Positions 1 through 14,131 of a stretch of 64,000 nt of DNA are shown one piece after another. Numbering within the stretch: the stretch's first letter is position 1; each line of letters starts with the position of its first letter. A program made the translations under genes and the position numbers. A model generated the notes under the pieces. That model had not been told where the DNA came from and did not search any database. It worked only from the letters and a program-made list of their open reading frames with translations. The DNA lies in NCBI GenBank assembly GCA_964016885.1, contig OZ024743.1, positions 217,186,001-217,250,000 on the forward strand, written 5' to 3'. Source of the stretch: Eledone cirrhosa. Taxonomy: Eukaryota.

Positions 1-307
1 TAGTAGTAGTTTCAAACTTGATGGTAGTGGCGTGGGAAATTGTAATGATGATGTGGCAGTTAATATATGTTGTTAGTAAATGCAATAGGAAAGAAAAGAA
101 GTCGATCAGATGATCGAAACAAGGTAAGAATATTTGTATACGTCTTACAATCGCTGATACCAGCTTTTGGTCACAACTCGTAGAAGCGTCAACACGTTTT
201 TTTTTAGGTAACGAATATTTTTCAGGTAAAGATTAGGAATGTGTACAGTAAATTATTATATCTGACTGTTTAAGGAATCCACCGCCACTTGATGAGTAAC
301 TGTCTTA

Positions 308-378
308 TCTGTGTTCAAACCACACCGAGGCCAATATTTCGAAAGCAAATATTAGCCTTGGTGTGGCTTGAACACAGA
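308..378. repeat. 32-bp-arm hairpin built from SINE-like sequence
   Basis: TCTGTGTTCAAACCACACCGAGGCCAATATTT-CGAAAGC-AAATATTAGCCTTGGTGTGGCTTGAACACAGA: 3 transition mismatches, 7-nt loop. The arms resemble the SINE segment CTGAGTTCAAATCCCGCCGAGG. Confidence 0.8.
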
Positions 379-814
379 GCTGAAATAAATACGTAGACAT
401 TTAATCCGAGGTTCTAACGGTTCTACGAATTTGCCGATATTTATATTGTTAGATAATTGGTGAGACTAAGATTCACTAAAACATATTTTCAAGAAACTTT
501 ATAAATGTATTGTAGATTCCGAAATTTATTGATCCAAGTATTTCAAATCGTTTTTGTCTGTTCTGTCATTATTTTGTCGCTGAAGAAAGTTAGAAATTCT
601 ATCACTATTACCCAATGGGCTATTGATAAAGAATGTAGCAGCATTCTAGAAACGTAATCTATTGATTGTGTTTAGTCATGTTTTTTCTTATAAATTTCCA
701 TTGAGAATCATGTTTCACTTCTATTGATTTTTTATTTGTCAAATATATTAGATTCATATGCAGACAAATGCTCTCCTATATATATATTTTTTAAACCAAA
801 TCAATGTGTGTGAA

Positions 815-1133
<319 letters not shown>

Positions 1134-1163
1134 ATGTATAATAAACAATACAATATACAATTC

Positions 1164-1231
1164 CCTTGTCTGACGAACGAATGTGGACGTTTCTTGTATT
1201 CGTCTTATTCGGGAAACCATTGGTAATGAGG
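1164..1231 (+). ncRNA. Type I hammerhead ribozyme-like motif (Penelope/retrozyme type)
   Basis: Stem I CCTTGT/ATGAGG (Watson-Crick + G.U); core CTGACGA 1170-1176; stem II CGAAT/ATTCG; GAAA 1213-1216; quasi-palindromic stem III ACCATTGGT; GTA cleavage triplet ending at 1225. The stem II closing pair is A.G rather than G-C. Confidence 0.6.
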
Positions 1232-3909
1232 TAATTATATTGTATTGTTTATTATAGATTAAATATTTAACCTGTAACTTACATATAGCACTCTTCATTC
1301 CTCTGACTTTTTCAATTTTCAACGGAAACTTCAATACCTATATATATATTTATATATATATAGGTATGTATGTATGTGTGTGGGTGTGTATAAATCAACC
1401 CACCTATTTAATCGATATAATTACAAATATAGATAACACATATAAACTTTGTTTTCAGTACCAGCTCTGTTTAATATTTCCTCTATTTATACATCCATAT
1501 TATAGGAATCTAGTCATCTGATTTGTAGAAATTATGTTGGTGTTAATGGAATTAATTAAAAGTTGGCGTTATCTGGTGTATTCGGATATGTGTATTGGGA
1601 ATTTTATGGATTAACTCTTATTCGTAGATGCGATTACATGTCGGAGATATATATACCGAAACATTATGAAGACATTGTCCTATCTTTACAAAATATACTT
1701 TGCCCTTCTGTTGTGAGAATGTTTGTCATAAATGATAAAATCATGGAGAAATCACGAAAATACAAAATATTAATAGGTTCATGGTTGAAGTGAACAAGAT
1801 TCAAATGAAAATTTGGACAAAACTATACAGAATTAAAAAAATGTAAAATGATAATAAAAGTTGGAGGAACGTTTTCATTGCAAGAAAAAGAATAACATTT
1901 ATGTCAAAGTAGTTTTTTTTCTGTTGAAACTAGAGATGTTGATTAAGATTTAATGTGTAACATAAAATATTTGTGTATATATCAAAATATAAATATCGTG
2001 TTAAACTTTTGTTAGTTTGTTTAGTTCCAAATCAGTCCAGACTGAGCTGACATGTTATCATATAATTTACAGCTGTGAGATTACTATATTCTATTAAGAT
2101 ATATTATATGCGGGACTGTTCTTTATTTGCTAAATTGCTGGGTATTATTTGAATGGATCGGAATCAATATTTAATGTAGGTTATTGCTGTATTAGGGATT
2201 TTGGAGACTCTATTAACAGTGTGCATAATAAAGTTACGGTGCCAAGAAGATGCAACAAACAAATTCAAGAACCACATTTTTTGAGATGTGATACTTATTT
2301 TATGCGCGCAAGCGTGTGTGTGTGATTGCTAGCCATATAGACAGATACATAGACAAAGAGAAGGGGAGAAGCGATATAATGCAAAATAAAACAGTAAAAG
2401 ATAAAAAGGGTAGCAAACAGAAATAATATTTTATCTTGTTTCATGCAACATATTAAAAAGCGACATGCTGTTATACGTCTTGTACGCAGTGAGATCTAGA
2501 TTATCTTTCCTAAAACGACTTTATACTACACTTGTTTCAGAGCTGACATTGGCCTAAACAATATTAACGACATTTATACGAAATGAAGCGCATCAATAAG
2601 TATCACAAGGAGAAAATAGTATTAATCTTAACAAATAGATATATTGTTATCACTATCCCAAAGATGCCCTGAGAGTACATTTTAATAATTCACACACATT
2701 TTTTTTTTTAATTGTGCTTAGACGTCCTACCAGGAGAATAGTATTTTACATGCCAAAATATGATGAGAGTTGCTTGTGAATATGCTGTGGCTTCATATGA
2801 GAATGTGTTGTAACCGAATCAATTGTATCGTGGGAGATTCAGCTTTGCTAATTAAAAACCCAACCGGTAAGATATATTCCCGTTTGGTAACTTGTTAATA
2901 GCAATAGAAAAGTTAAGATGTTTCACAATTGTGCAAGATTGAGACAGATGTAATTCCTCTGCATTTGTTTAAAACCAGTTACTGGTGAGATTTTAATTTT
3001 TGTGACAGTGGTTATGTCTTGATTTTATTGTCTGCATTTGTATTCTCATTCTTGCCTTTTTACTAATACAACCTTGAACTTGACACTTTAGTATAATTAG
3101 CAAATTCTATTTAAGTTGGACAGTTGAACATTTGCATTTAAATGATTTTATTTTCATCGTTGTTCTTATGTTTTCAGTTCCTCTCTGTTTGGCTATCCGT
3201 AATATATATGTATTCGTTTAGGTTCCTATGGAATTATTTTATGAATATATCTATTGTATTTCGTTCTCAGTGGGAACGGCCGTTATTGACATTTTATGAA
3301 AGAAGAATGTTGACCAATGTTGTTAAAATCTCAAAAACCGCACGAGAAATCTATTAAAAATTATTTTTTTAAAATAAATAATATTAACAAAAATAGAAAG
3401 CAAATCGAAATTCAATATATAAACGAAAAAGTATCATAAAGTAGACTTAAAGGTTTAAAGTTCAAGAACAATGAATGATGTATCGATAAAGGAAATCACT
3501 CATACTCAAAAAGATAAATGATCGCTACATTAAAATAATTAATTTATATATATTGAACTGACATATTTAAAGCAGAACAGAAAGGAAATAAGAGAAAACA
3601 AAATGACTGGGGAAAGAAGAAAAATAAAAGTATTTGATGAAGCCTTCAAAAACACACGAATTTTCAGTAGATATTTCGGAATCGTATTGGTAAAAAGGTC
3701 GAAGCCTTGCGGCGAATAAATTTTGACATGTTATGTTACAATTAAGAATTAAAGGAAATGTGAATATGATGGAACCTTGAAGCCAAATATCTATTTGTAT
3801 GGAGCCAAAACACCAAATACGTATTAGAAATATTTTTTAGGAAGATTCAGAAGAACACTTGTTCCGGTGGAAAAGAATATTTGGGACATTTTAATAAAAC
3901 GTACACATA

Positions 3910-3962
<53 letters not shown>

Positions 3963-6747
3963 TTAAAAAGATATCATTACTGCATTTTTATAGAACCTTG
4001 GATTCTTGCGCTTAATCACATATATTTAACCATAATATATTTACATGAGGGACTACAAATTATAAAGATTTACGAGGGTATATAATATTTGACTTACAAA
4101 ACATTCAAAATGGATTCTATAGCAAACTGAAATGTTATTGCAGTATCTCTTAATCTTGGCATAATAACACTTATCGTCGAAGGAGTTCTGCGTAAAAGCT
4201 GAATATATCTTAGCGTAATTAATTCGTTTGAAAAGCCCCTGGTAAAGAATGGTGTTTCATTGAACAATTATTTCCTTCGTCCTCAGTGCCTCATATATAT
4301 AGTTTGCATTACCACTTACTGCCAGCTGATTAAACACGCTCTCTATATAAACATATTAAAACTATTATGGCTTTTGTCAATGCTACAATTATTCATCCGT
4401 CATTCGACATGTTATGAAAAATGAGACTAAATATTTGTGATAATTTCATTAATAGCTGTATCGTTTTGAAAAGTATAGTAAAATGTGTTTCTTATTTCTG
4501 CATAGCGTCATTTTTTAGAGTTTAATAATGGAAAAACGTCCTCGGTATCTTGTCATTCCAGGTGCCAGAAAAGAAAACAAGCCAAAAAATGACATAGAAA
4601 TATTACACTTGGCAAAGTAAAATAAAGGAATAATCGCTATAAAAAAAAAATTGTTTTTCAATTTCGACATGTATCCATATTTCAGTTTTTTCTTTAAGTG
4701 TGTGGTGGGGAATTAGAAATTATAATATAAGAAAAATACAATAAATTCTGTGGTTACATATATGATAGGTTAACAGGTATGTGCAAGATGACACAGACAT
4801 TGTGAACGTATATTGTACTTGATTAAGAACATGAATCTTAGTGAAAATAGGACCAACATCTCCGTCTATATCAAACAGGCACATTTTTCCTGAGGAAAAT
4901 TGCATACAAAAAATGTTTGTGTATTTTAAAAATTATGTATTTACTATATTGATTATTCTATCATGAAACATAACACGTTATGGTCTGTGCACACACTCCT
5001 CCTTCCCAGTGGCAGGGAATCTAGTAAGTTAATACCTAGTGTGATAGTAAGACGAAAAGTTGGAAAGATGAAAGTATTGCAGCTAGCACGTCTAAAATGT
5101 ATTTACTGTGTGGTCTATGGAGAAAACGAGATGGAATACGTACCTGAACACCATTGCATGATGAAAGGTAGATGTATCTCTATTTATTCTGTACTAGAGG
5201 TGATATTAAAGATTTATTCAAAAGACATGTTATCGTACTTTGCTAATGTATGGAAGCTTAACATTGATTATGTATATACATTACTTGACTGAATAAAATT
5301 GACTTCACCATCTGATATTTATTGTCTCTATATATCTAATGTAATGTTCAAACGTGATGGTGTTTGTGTCTATGAATGTTTCTATATGTGTGCTTAACAC
5401 TCAAGCCCATACTTAGCAGGCATGAATACAAAATATAAGGAATGTGAACCAGATTACCAGATGGTAGAACATTGCAGATTTTAAGAGAGAAATATATATC
5501 ATTAGAAAAATAATTTTCTATAGAAAGAAAGAAACCCATATATGGACACATGTATATAGCATTATATGTATGAATCCATGAAAATAATGCTCATTCAAGG
5601 ATTGAATATACATATTACACATACACATACACCCGCATATCCATATATATATTAGAAAAAAAAACAGAATGACCAATGAAGTGTTCTGTCTATTTCTGGA
5701 TTTTAATTATTGAAGAACACCAACCACCAGTGAAGTCATTCTTCTATTTTTTTCAAATACACCTTACTGTACCAAGGAACTCCATTCATATACATATGTA
5801 TATATACATATATATATAGTAGGCAGAGTGTTAGCAGATGTCATGTAAGATAAGGTTATATCAGTATAACCGAGAGTGCCTCAACGTGTATCAATATACA
5901 CACCTATCTAATGGGTGGGCATGTAAACATGCAGGAAAAGGTGAATTTTCCTGTAAATTTTAAAATGAAAATAAGAAACATTTTTAATCGAGTTTCGGGT
6001 CTTATTGGATCCGCATTAGAAATCCTTTATATCATCCAAACAACCACGAGGAAACATGTATTTGACGGCTTATATACTCATTTGCTCTTAATATTATTCT
6101 GCAATGGACGTACCAATTTGCATATAATTATCGGTAGTGTTGGTAATTAGTGAATATATATATATATGTGTGTGTGTATGTGTGTGCGTGTGTGTGTGGG
6201 GGGGGGGGGTCTGTGTCTGTGTGTTTGTAGGCACTACGATTATAATATAACAGTAGATTGACCGACGGATAGTTATTAATCTAGAGTGTCTATTATAGGA
6301 GATTATTCAGCACATGTGTATTATATGTAATGGAATAATGTTAATAGTATCATAATTGATCAAGTGATTGTGAAGAAACACTTATCTGAGAGAAGGTAAC
6401 GGATATAAATTGTAACGTATCAAAAATATAAGAAATTGTTGGTTTACTAATTGAATAGAAAACGGATCATGTAAGCAGTTGTTATTAACATTAATAACAT
6501 TTTCGTTTTCCTTGTCAACATGCTCATCGTGTATCCCATATGTACTTTTAAATTATGCATTATCACATTGCATTCAATAATGAATGATTAACTTATTGTC
6601 GGTAAATTTAATATCATATATATCAACATATAATCATCGTTATCTATATGGTCCCACCAAAATTTATACACATATTTATTAGATTGGTGTTGAAGTCGGT
6701 ATACATATTTTTGAGACACCCTTTATATGTATGAATATATGTATGTT

Positions 6748-6779
<32 letters not shown>

Positions 6780-6875
6780 TATAGAATATTCTATCATACT
6801 CTGCTCTGTAAGAGCATAGAGGGCTCAACCGGCATAAGACACACACACACACATAAGACACACACACACACATAA

Positions 6876-6958
<83 letters not shown>

Positions 6959-6960
6959 CC

Positions 6961-7047
6961 CAGAAAAAAAGAGAATCAGTGTTGCGACGAATGGAATTTA
7001 TTGGACATATTACAATCGTTTCTCTGGCGACCAGCTCGAGGCACGAT
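6961..7047. mobile_element. Solo copy of the 11.2-kb foldback family arm
   Basis: GAGAATCAGTGTTGCGA..GGAATTT.TTGGACATATTACAAT.GTTTCTC.GGCGACCAGCTCGAG matches 11210-11279; flanked by TA repeats. Confidence 0.75.
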
Positions 7048-9331
7048 TATATATATATAGTAATAATTATATTTATATATCAAAATATAAATAAGATATG
7101 GGTAATTTGGATATTACCCGATTACCAGTAAGATAAGTAGCTCAATGTCAGGTGATTGCTTTGAAGAGTTGTTCACGAGGAATATATTTGTTCATATCAT
7201 CGAACATATTGTACATTCAATATTACACCAAAATGCATGAAATAACATCTCGCCATGTTATGGAAATAACGAACTGTATTTTATTTACATTTTGTTCTAA
7301 TTCCTCAGTGTTCGACGTCACCATTACATCTCATCTGATGTTTATACCATTGTTACATTTCTTTGCCGATTTCATTAACACCGAGAGAGACATTTAAAAG
7401 CATCCACTTTTATGTTTGACCAGATCTAATTTCTTCTTAAACGAATAAATGAAAGAAAGAAGAAAGAAAGAAAGAAAGAAAGAGATAAAGAAAGAAAAAA
7501 GGAAAGAAAGAAGGAAAGAAGTGACTCCTCATTAATATGCGAAATATATTATAAATATCGACTTCGATCACATGTGATGCAAAGTTGAACTCAGCGAGTT
7601 TTGATATTAAAGTACAGAGACTAGTAATGAATACCAACCTAATGACTTTTTTAAGTAATCACCTGACATAACTCTTTATCTTCTGTGAAAAGATTAATTT
7701 AAATGTTCACATGTAAAATGAAAGATCTTGACCGAAATCTGATCATAATGTAAAGTAGTATACAAGGAAAGTCTTCTCAGCTAAGTCATATATTAATGAA
7801 GTAGTAATTCTTGCTCGATTTGAATCCTAGTCTCGGCATATATTTTAAGACCACTAAAAAATGTAGTTTTCTCTAATATTTTCTGTTATGTATTTAACTA
7901 TTTCACACGTTCATATATTCCCCATCCCATATTCAATTGGATTCACGAGAATAATAGATTTTAGAAATTTGGAATTATTTAGGTTTAGTTTCGTGGGCGG
8001 TAATGGCAACATGTTTCAAGTAGAGTGGAGTAACTCAATCGTATTTTATAATTATGTTTCACACACCACATTAACTGTAAACAGAAGATCTTCATAGTAT
8101 ATGTTTCACTGCTAAGTTAGTTTGGTTAATATATTCGTTAACGTGGGAAAGGCAAAATACTAATAGAAAGTGATTAGAACTGACGATGTGTGAACAGATG
8201 TATCAATAAAATATACACTTTGCCACAGTGTTTCTAGGCAATATTGCTAAATATCTACATATTTCATTGAGGTCGAGAAAAGAATTGGACGCTTCAATCT
8301 TCGATTAACAAATAATCGCATGGAACCGTCACACGAATATGCAGACACCCCATGTGTGACTTGTCATGCCAGGATAACCATTATACGTATTGCCGTGCCT
8401 GCAATTAAAATGCAAGTGTGTGTAAGAGATCATTTAACTAGATATTTAGGCAGATGAAAATGAAATATATTTATATCTATACGGCTCGCACATGTACACT
8501 CACTCTCGCCTACGCTAGTCATGTGCGTGATCAAATCGGTATAAATATTATCAAACAATTGAATAGTAATAAGATAATAAGTGTTTATGATATATATACA
8601 AAACATGTATAATAATTTATACTATAACACATCTAAAAATTATACAACACATGTTTATACAATGTGTATCTGTTATCTAAACTGTTATATCTAAAATAGA
8701 TTGTAGTATTTTAAGATTATGATAGTTTTCTCATAGCTTAGAAAGCAAAACAACAATGAAAAAAACAATAAATATTATAGTGGGATGCTGGATGTTAAAT
8801 CAGCAATCTAGATATGACCTCCTCTTTGCATGTAGATCGCGTGAAATAAAATTTCCAGTCAGGTGCCGGTCCAAAGATTTCAATGTTGCTTTATGACATC
8901 TTCGATTATCTTGCTTGAATTCTTCAAAGGTTATGGTAATTTCCTTTGACTTCTTATCTCTTTCTTCACTGTTTTTTAAACGATGCCGCTGTGTATCTTT
9001 TTAAGTTTCTATTTCATCACATTCACTTTTCAGTCTCCCTATTTCTCAGTCATTTTCAGTTCTTTTATATGATCCTCCTTAACAATATATATTGTGAGAA
9101 TAAACGAACGAAGCTTTATATCAACATCAAATTTAACTGTTTAACAGCCTATATAGACTTTAATATTTACAGCATGGATATAGCATTGTTATTCAGTTAA
9201 TTGTTTGACTACTTACGACGCTTTGATCAGTCGTTTTATTGCTTCTTATAACATTGATGCGCCGGATGGAATTTCTATTGAGAGAGCGCTGTTAATACAG
9301 AAAAAAAGCTATTTTAATGAGAACGAGAGAA

Positions 9332-9399
<68 letters not shown>

Positions 9400-11000
9400 G
9401 GGTGCGTGTGTGTAGAAAAAAAGGTTATTATTTAGGGAAGAACGGGAGCTATAACTTTGCTGCAAATAACAAGAGTGTTTAGTATTAATGGGAAGGAAAT
9501 AGAGAAGAAAACATTAGAGACTGATACGACAAGGGCATTTAGGAGAGATATAATTCAGAAAAATACACGAGAAAGTGAAATTACCATAACATTTTGAATT
9601 ATTTAGTAAGATAGTTACCCACCTATCCACCACCAGAACAGGGTAAGAATCTCAAATATATATAAAAGATATTAACATAAATAAGCTTAAATTCGTTACT
9701 TTGTTAAGAAATACACTTTATTGGATATTTGTCTATATGTACATTTGTCTACCTATCTATTGTTTTACATATGTATGCATACATCCAAACACACCCACGT
9801 GTATGTATATAAAGTGAAAGAATACGGTATACGTAGATATGTATCTGTAACACACAGACTAAGTGAACATCTAGAGTAGTTAACTAAATTTGTAAAGAAA
9901 CTGTTTTATTTGTGCTTACATGGAAGGGATTGTCTAGTGTCGTGAAGACTAGCTGGTATATTTCATCATTTCTTTAAAAGCATATCATGAGGTATTGCAA
10001 TTATTTCAGCTAAATAAGGTCTGTGTTTATGTTAGTAAGTGAAGATAAGCTGAAGATTTAAGCAATTTCTACTCAGTGGGAAATGGTTGAAAGTAGAATG
10101 ACGGCTTTATCTTTAAAACATTGCGAGAGATAAGGGAGGAAGCTTTCAATGAACATATGTGTGGTCATATATAAGATTTTGAATATTGTCAGCGTTGTCG
10201 GATACGTTAATGAATAGTACATCACATCTACTTTGAGAAAACTATTTTGTTCAAACACGCGCACGCATACTCAACCGCCCCCACCCCCACCCCCTCACAC
10301 ACACAAACGCACTCTTACATACATTGATAGATATATTAACTGTGTAAGTATATGTCTTTGTGGAAGGATATTTGTTCAGCAGTAGAGATTCATTAAAGTA
10401 CTTATATGGAAGTCTTTGTCAATTTAAATCAAACCTTTTCAGTGTACATATCTTTCCCTATCTGAATCTTTAGTCTCTACTGAAATACTCAAATTAGAGA
10501 TAACGTTGCGAAATATAACATACATAAAGACCACACTATAAGGATATAAACATTGACTCCTGTGACCCTGCATAAACACTCCACAGTACAGTTGTGTGTC
10601 TGTGTGTGTGGGGGGGGGGGGGGGGAGGCGTGTGTGTGTACCCAGGTTCAATCGGTAAGGTACCCAATACATAGTAGAGTATAAATATTTAATGTAGAAA
10701 TGGTTTCTACAAGACTAGAGCTGTTTCATTCGAAGGAAATCATCAAGGCTTTACTGATTATTTCATTCGAATCAAACAGTTCTAGTCTCTTGTGGGAGCC
10801 AAGCCATTTTTATATTATATATATATACATATATATATATATGTGTGTGTGTGTATAATTATTTATTTATTTATTTATTTATTTGTTTATATATAAATCA
10901 GAATAGAATCACTTTGAAACTGGTTAGAGCATTACTCAACAGAATACTAGATCTTTGGTGTAGTAGAGTATAGCTATAATATAAAATGTCGAAGGCCGGC

Positions 11001-11007
11001 TCTCTCA

Positions 11008-11101
<94 letters not shown>

Positions 11102-11118
11102 ATATATATATATATATA
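11001..11118. repeat. (CT)n + (TA)n microsatellite
   Basis: Direct reading. Confidence 0.95.
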
Positions 11119-11197
11119 ATTGGTGTTGGATGCTTAAAGCGTCCGAATGCGGTAGGCCGTATGAGCACTCAATGCCCTTGTAGAGAAGAGTATGATA

Positions 11198-11434
11198 TCA
11201 CAAAAAAAAGAGAATCAGTGTTGCGAAGAAAGGAATTTGTTGGACATATTACAATTGTTTCTCGGGCGACCAGCTCGAGTAAGATTTTCCTTCGCAGAAT
11301 CGAAACGTAATCCGACGACCGCGCGATTTCAGAATCAGGTTTGATCACCATATCGATCGTGTCTCGAGCTGGTCGCCCGAGAAACAATTGTAATATGTCC
11401 AATAAATTCCTTTCATCGCAATCTTTATTTTGTG
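11198..11434. mobile_element. Foldback element (inverted arms, about 83-bp spacer), PLE-like end
   Basis: 11198-11279 is the reverse complement of 11363-11434 (one ~10-bp indel). The arm carries GAAACAATTGTA followed by AATAAA. Confidence 0.7.
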
Positions 11435-11436
11435 AA

Positions 11437-11669
<233 letters not shown>

Positions 11670-11672
<3 letters not shown>

Positions 11673-11790
11673 GTTTCGACTTTTTGGTACAAGGCCAGCA
11701 ATTACCCAGTGTTGTATTACTGGTACTTTATTTTATCGACCCCATAAGGATGAAAGGCAAAGGTAACCTCAGCGAGATTTCAACTCAGAA
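11670..11790 (-). mobile_element. SINE, 3' part (abundant family in this window)
   Basis: CTGGTACTTTATTTTATCGACCCC..AAGGATGAAAGGCAAAG is shared with the copies at 13.3, 32.5, 34.0, 38.1 and 45.1 kb. Confidence 0.85.
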
Positions 11791-12255
11791 TGGCAACAGT
11801 TATATATATTATATATATATATATATATAATATAATATATATATATATAATATAAAGAAAACACTATGGCATTATGCAAATATATATATATATATAAGAA
11901 ATCATTATATTGATACAAGAACGTTGAAAAGTAATAATGATCATTCCACATTAGCAAGCTATAAAATATTCATTAAAAAAACACATTGCAAATTATGTAA
12001 AATAAACAGTAAATGAGATAAGCTGATTAGTTGCTAGTTAAATGCATCTATGTAGAAGATTATAGATTGTGATAAAATTATGAGTATATAAAGTGAATAT
12101 TTCATGTGAATCTATTCCCGTCGAGTTAGTGAAAAAAGAGACAGCTTGATGTTGGCAAATTATATTCAATGATTATGCTACATACATATTTTAGCTATTT
12201 TTTTCAATATTTGTATCTAGGAATCTCCTATCCCTTCATACTAAGCTGTACGTGT

Positions 12256-12342
12256 CTGCTGCTGCTACTAATACTACTAATGCTGCTGCCGCTGCTGCTG
12301 CTGCTGCTGCTACTACCCCTACAACTACTACTACTACTACTT

Positions 12343-12381
<39 letters not shown>
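12256..12381. repeat. (CTG)n-(CTA)n trinucleotide tract
   Basis: Direct reading; source of the poly-L/A/T ORFs. Confidence 0.9.
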
Positions 12382-12382
<1 letters not shown>

Positions 12383-12707
12383 AAATGCAAGAGCTACGAA
12401 ATATTCAAGGTTACATATCTTGCACAGCAGTCAAATCTTACTCCAATCTTACCAAAAAAGTTTGGCAAATGTAAATCACTCTCGGTTCTAATGCAAATTA
12501 TATCACGTTGTAGTTGATGATATAGGAACATGTATCAAAATAAGAAACGCTTATTGATGCATTATTGTTTTTGTTACGTGTCATATCTATATACGGTGTC
12601 ACACATGAAAACTGTACCGTGTATTTATGTATAGGTGGAACAGTTCTATCATATTGATGCCGTGTATTCGATAATCACTTGTATTATGCCTTTAGGTTTT
12701 GCATATA

Positions 12708-12806
12708 CAGGTAAATTTCTGTTATAACGTATATCATTATAACGCATTTTTCATTACAACGAATCTTTTTAAACCCCGTGAATTTCTTTATAATAGAATT
12801 TCACTC
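12708..12806. mobile_element. Degenerate Tc1/mariner-pogo-type MITE
   Basis: TA|CAGGTAAATTTCTGTTATAA ... TTATAATAGAATTTCACTC|TA: imperfect TIRs flanked by TA, with internal TTATAACG subrepeats. Confidence 0.5.
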
Positions 12807-13318
12807 TATCGGACTTGAAAAACTATATCCAGGATCACCTTACATTTATTTATTGTAAAAAAGAAATTTAAATTAGTAAATACTAGCACATTCCTGACTG
12901 ACGAATAGTTCATCACTCACCAATTAATATAATAAGAATCATATGTTTTTGTTCATCATTTTTTCTTATTTTCTGAATCCCTTCCCTCGTGAACGTAACA
13001 ATTGAATAGCTTAGTTGAATTACTTGTCTACAGATCAGTATTATTCTCATTTTTACTGTATCCATCATTGGCTGAATTGTTGGTATTGCTGCCTTCAATT
13101 ATTAATCGCCTCTTCGTTTTTTTCTTCTTTCCTTTTTGCTAGTTTTCAATCAACGTAACAAAATAACATGACATGACTATAATTACACAAGTAACGTCAT
13201 TTTATTGTTGATGTTTTTGCCATCACACCACCCACGTCTTGACCAGTAGTAAAGATATCGTTGTCCGCATTATCATCATGATAATTGTCATTATCATTAT
13301 GATATTGAGCAATCAGTA

Positions 13319-13425
13319 ATTGTTTCTACTATTGGCACAAGGCCAGCAATTATCCCAGCGCATTACTGGTATTTTATTTTATCGACCCCGTAAGGATGAA
13401 AGGCAAAGTTAACCTCGGCGGGATA
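13319..13425 (-). mobile_element. SINE, 3' part
   Basis: Same family motif TTTTATCGACCCCGTAAGGATGAAAGGCAAAGTTAACCTCGGCGG. Confidence 0.85.
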
Positions 13426-13825
13426 TTGATCGATCAATAATGATATTGTATCCTAAGCACAAGGTAAACAAATTATAGTGAGCAGGAATGCATGAAATAC
13501 ATGTTTTTTTTCCATAACGTAAACATCCTAACTGTCATGAATTGGCTTCCACTAAGAAGCAGATCTGCGTCACGTACTCAGTTTACCAAGATATTGTTTA
13601 TTTCTATCTAATGCAATATCGATATATACTTTTTGTATTTACTGTGTATATTTATAAAACTTGTCTGCTGATCTATTTAGAAAATGACAGGTTTACTTTA
13701 TTTTTAATGTTACAAGGCTTTATATATATTCATCTAATTATATTTTCATTCTTATTTTCAGTTTCAACCAGTAATATAACTTGCTGTAATCTTCACCGAC
13801 TAAATGCTGCCGGAAACTGTCCTTG

Positions 13826-14131
13826 ATGGGTTTCCGAGATGACTTGCAGTTTTGGCAAACCTTTCCCTGCCCTCCACCCTGGAATAAGGACCTTTTCTTC
13901 CAAGTTAACTGGACTCGCTGCCTGGGTGTGCATACCGGCTGCGAAATACAACATGCAGTGGCCAAGAGATGTGATATCACTGTCAACGATGTGCAGGAAT
14001 GCAACGACATTCACATGGCAGGTGCCACAAACGCGTTGGAAGCATGTAATCAGGAATGCCGACTCATTATCGGTTTTGTCGTTGTTATCGTCGTTGCTGT
14101 GGTCGGAGCTTCGTATCTCGTCTGCAAGTAA
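13826..14131 (+). CDS. Orphan Cys-rich single-pass membrane protein (101 aa, or first coding exon)
   Basis: Non-repetitive island, visibly more GC-rich than its flanks. Bounded by a good acceptor (TTCTTATTTTCAG|13762) and donor (CAA|GTAAGC after 14127). ATG at 13826; 7 Cys; NWT sequon; TM helix LIIGFVVVIVVAVVGASYLVC. The in-register antisense frame is also open. No family recognised. Confidence 0.6.
   Translation: MGFRDDLQFWQTFPCPPPWNKDLFFQVNWTRCLGVHTGCEIQHAVAKRCDITVNDVQECNDIHMAGATNALEACNQECRLIIGFVVVIVVAVVGASYLVCK

Noticed and set aside
10711-10790. Small foldback with TTGATGA..GAAAC on the minus strand
   Set aside because: Stems I and III do not pair; too degenerate to call a ribozyme.
12169-12491. 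Poly-Leu and poly-Ala/Thr ORFs resembling a signal peptide or mucin
   Set aside because: Produced by a (CTG)n(CTA)n tract; no other coding evidence.
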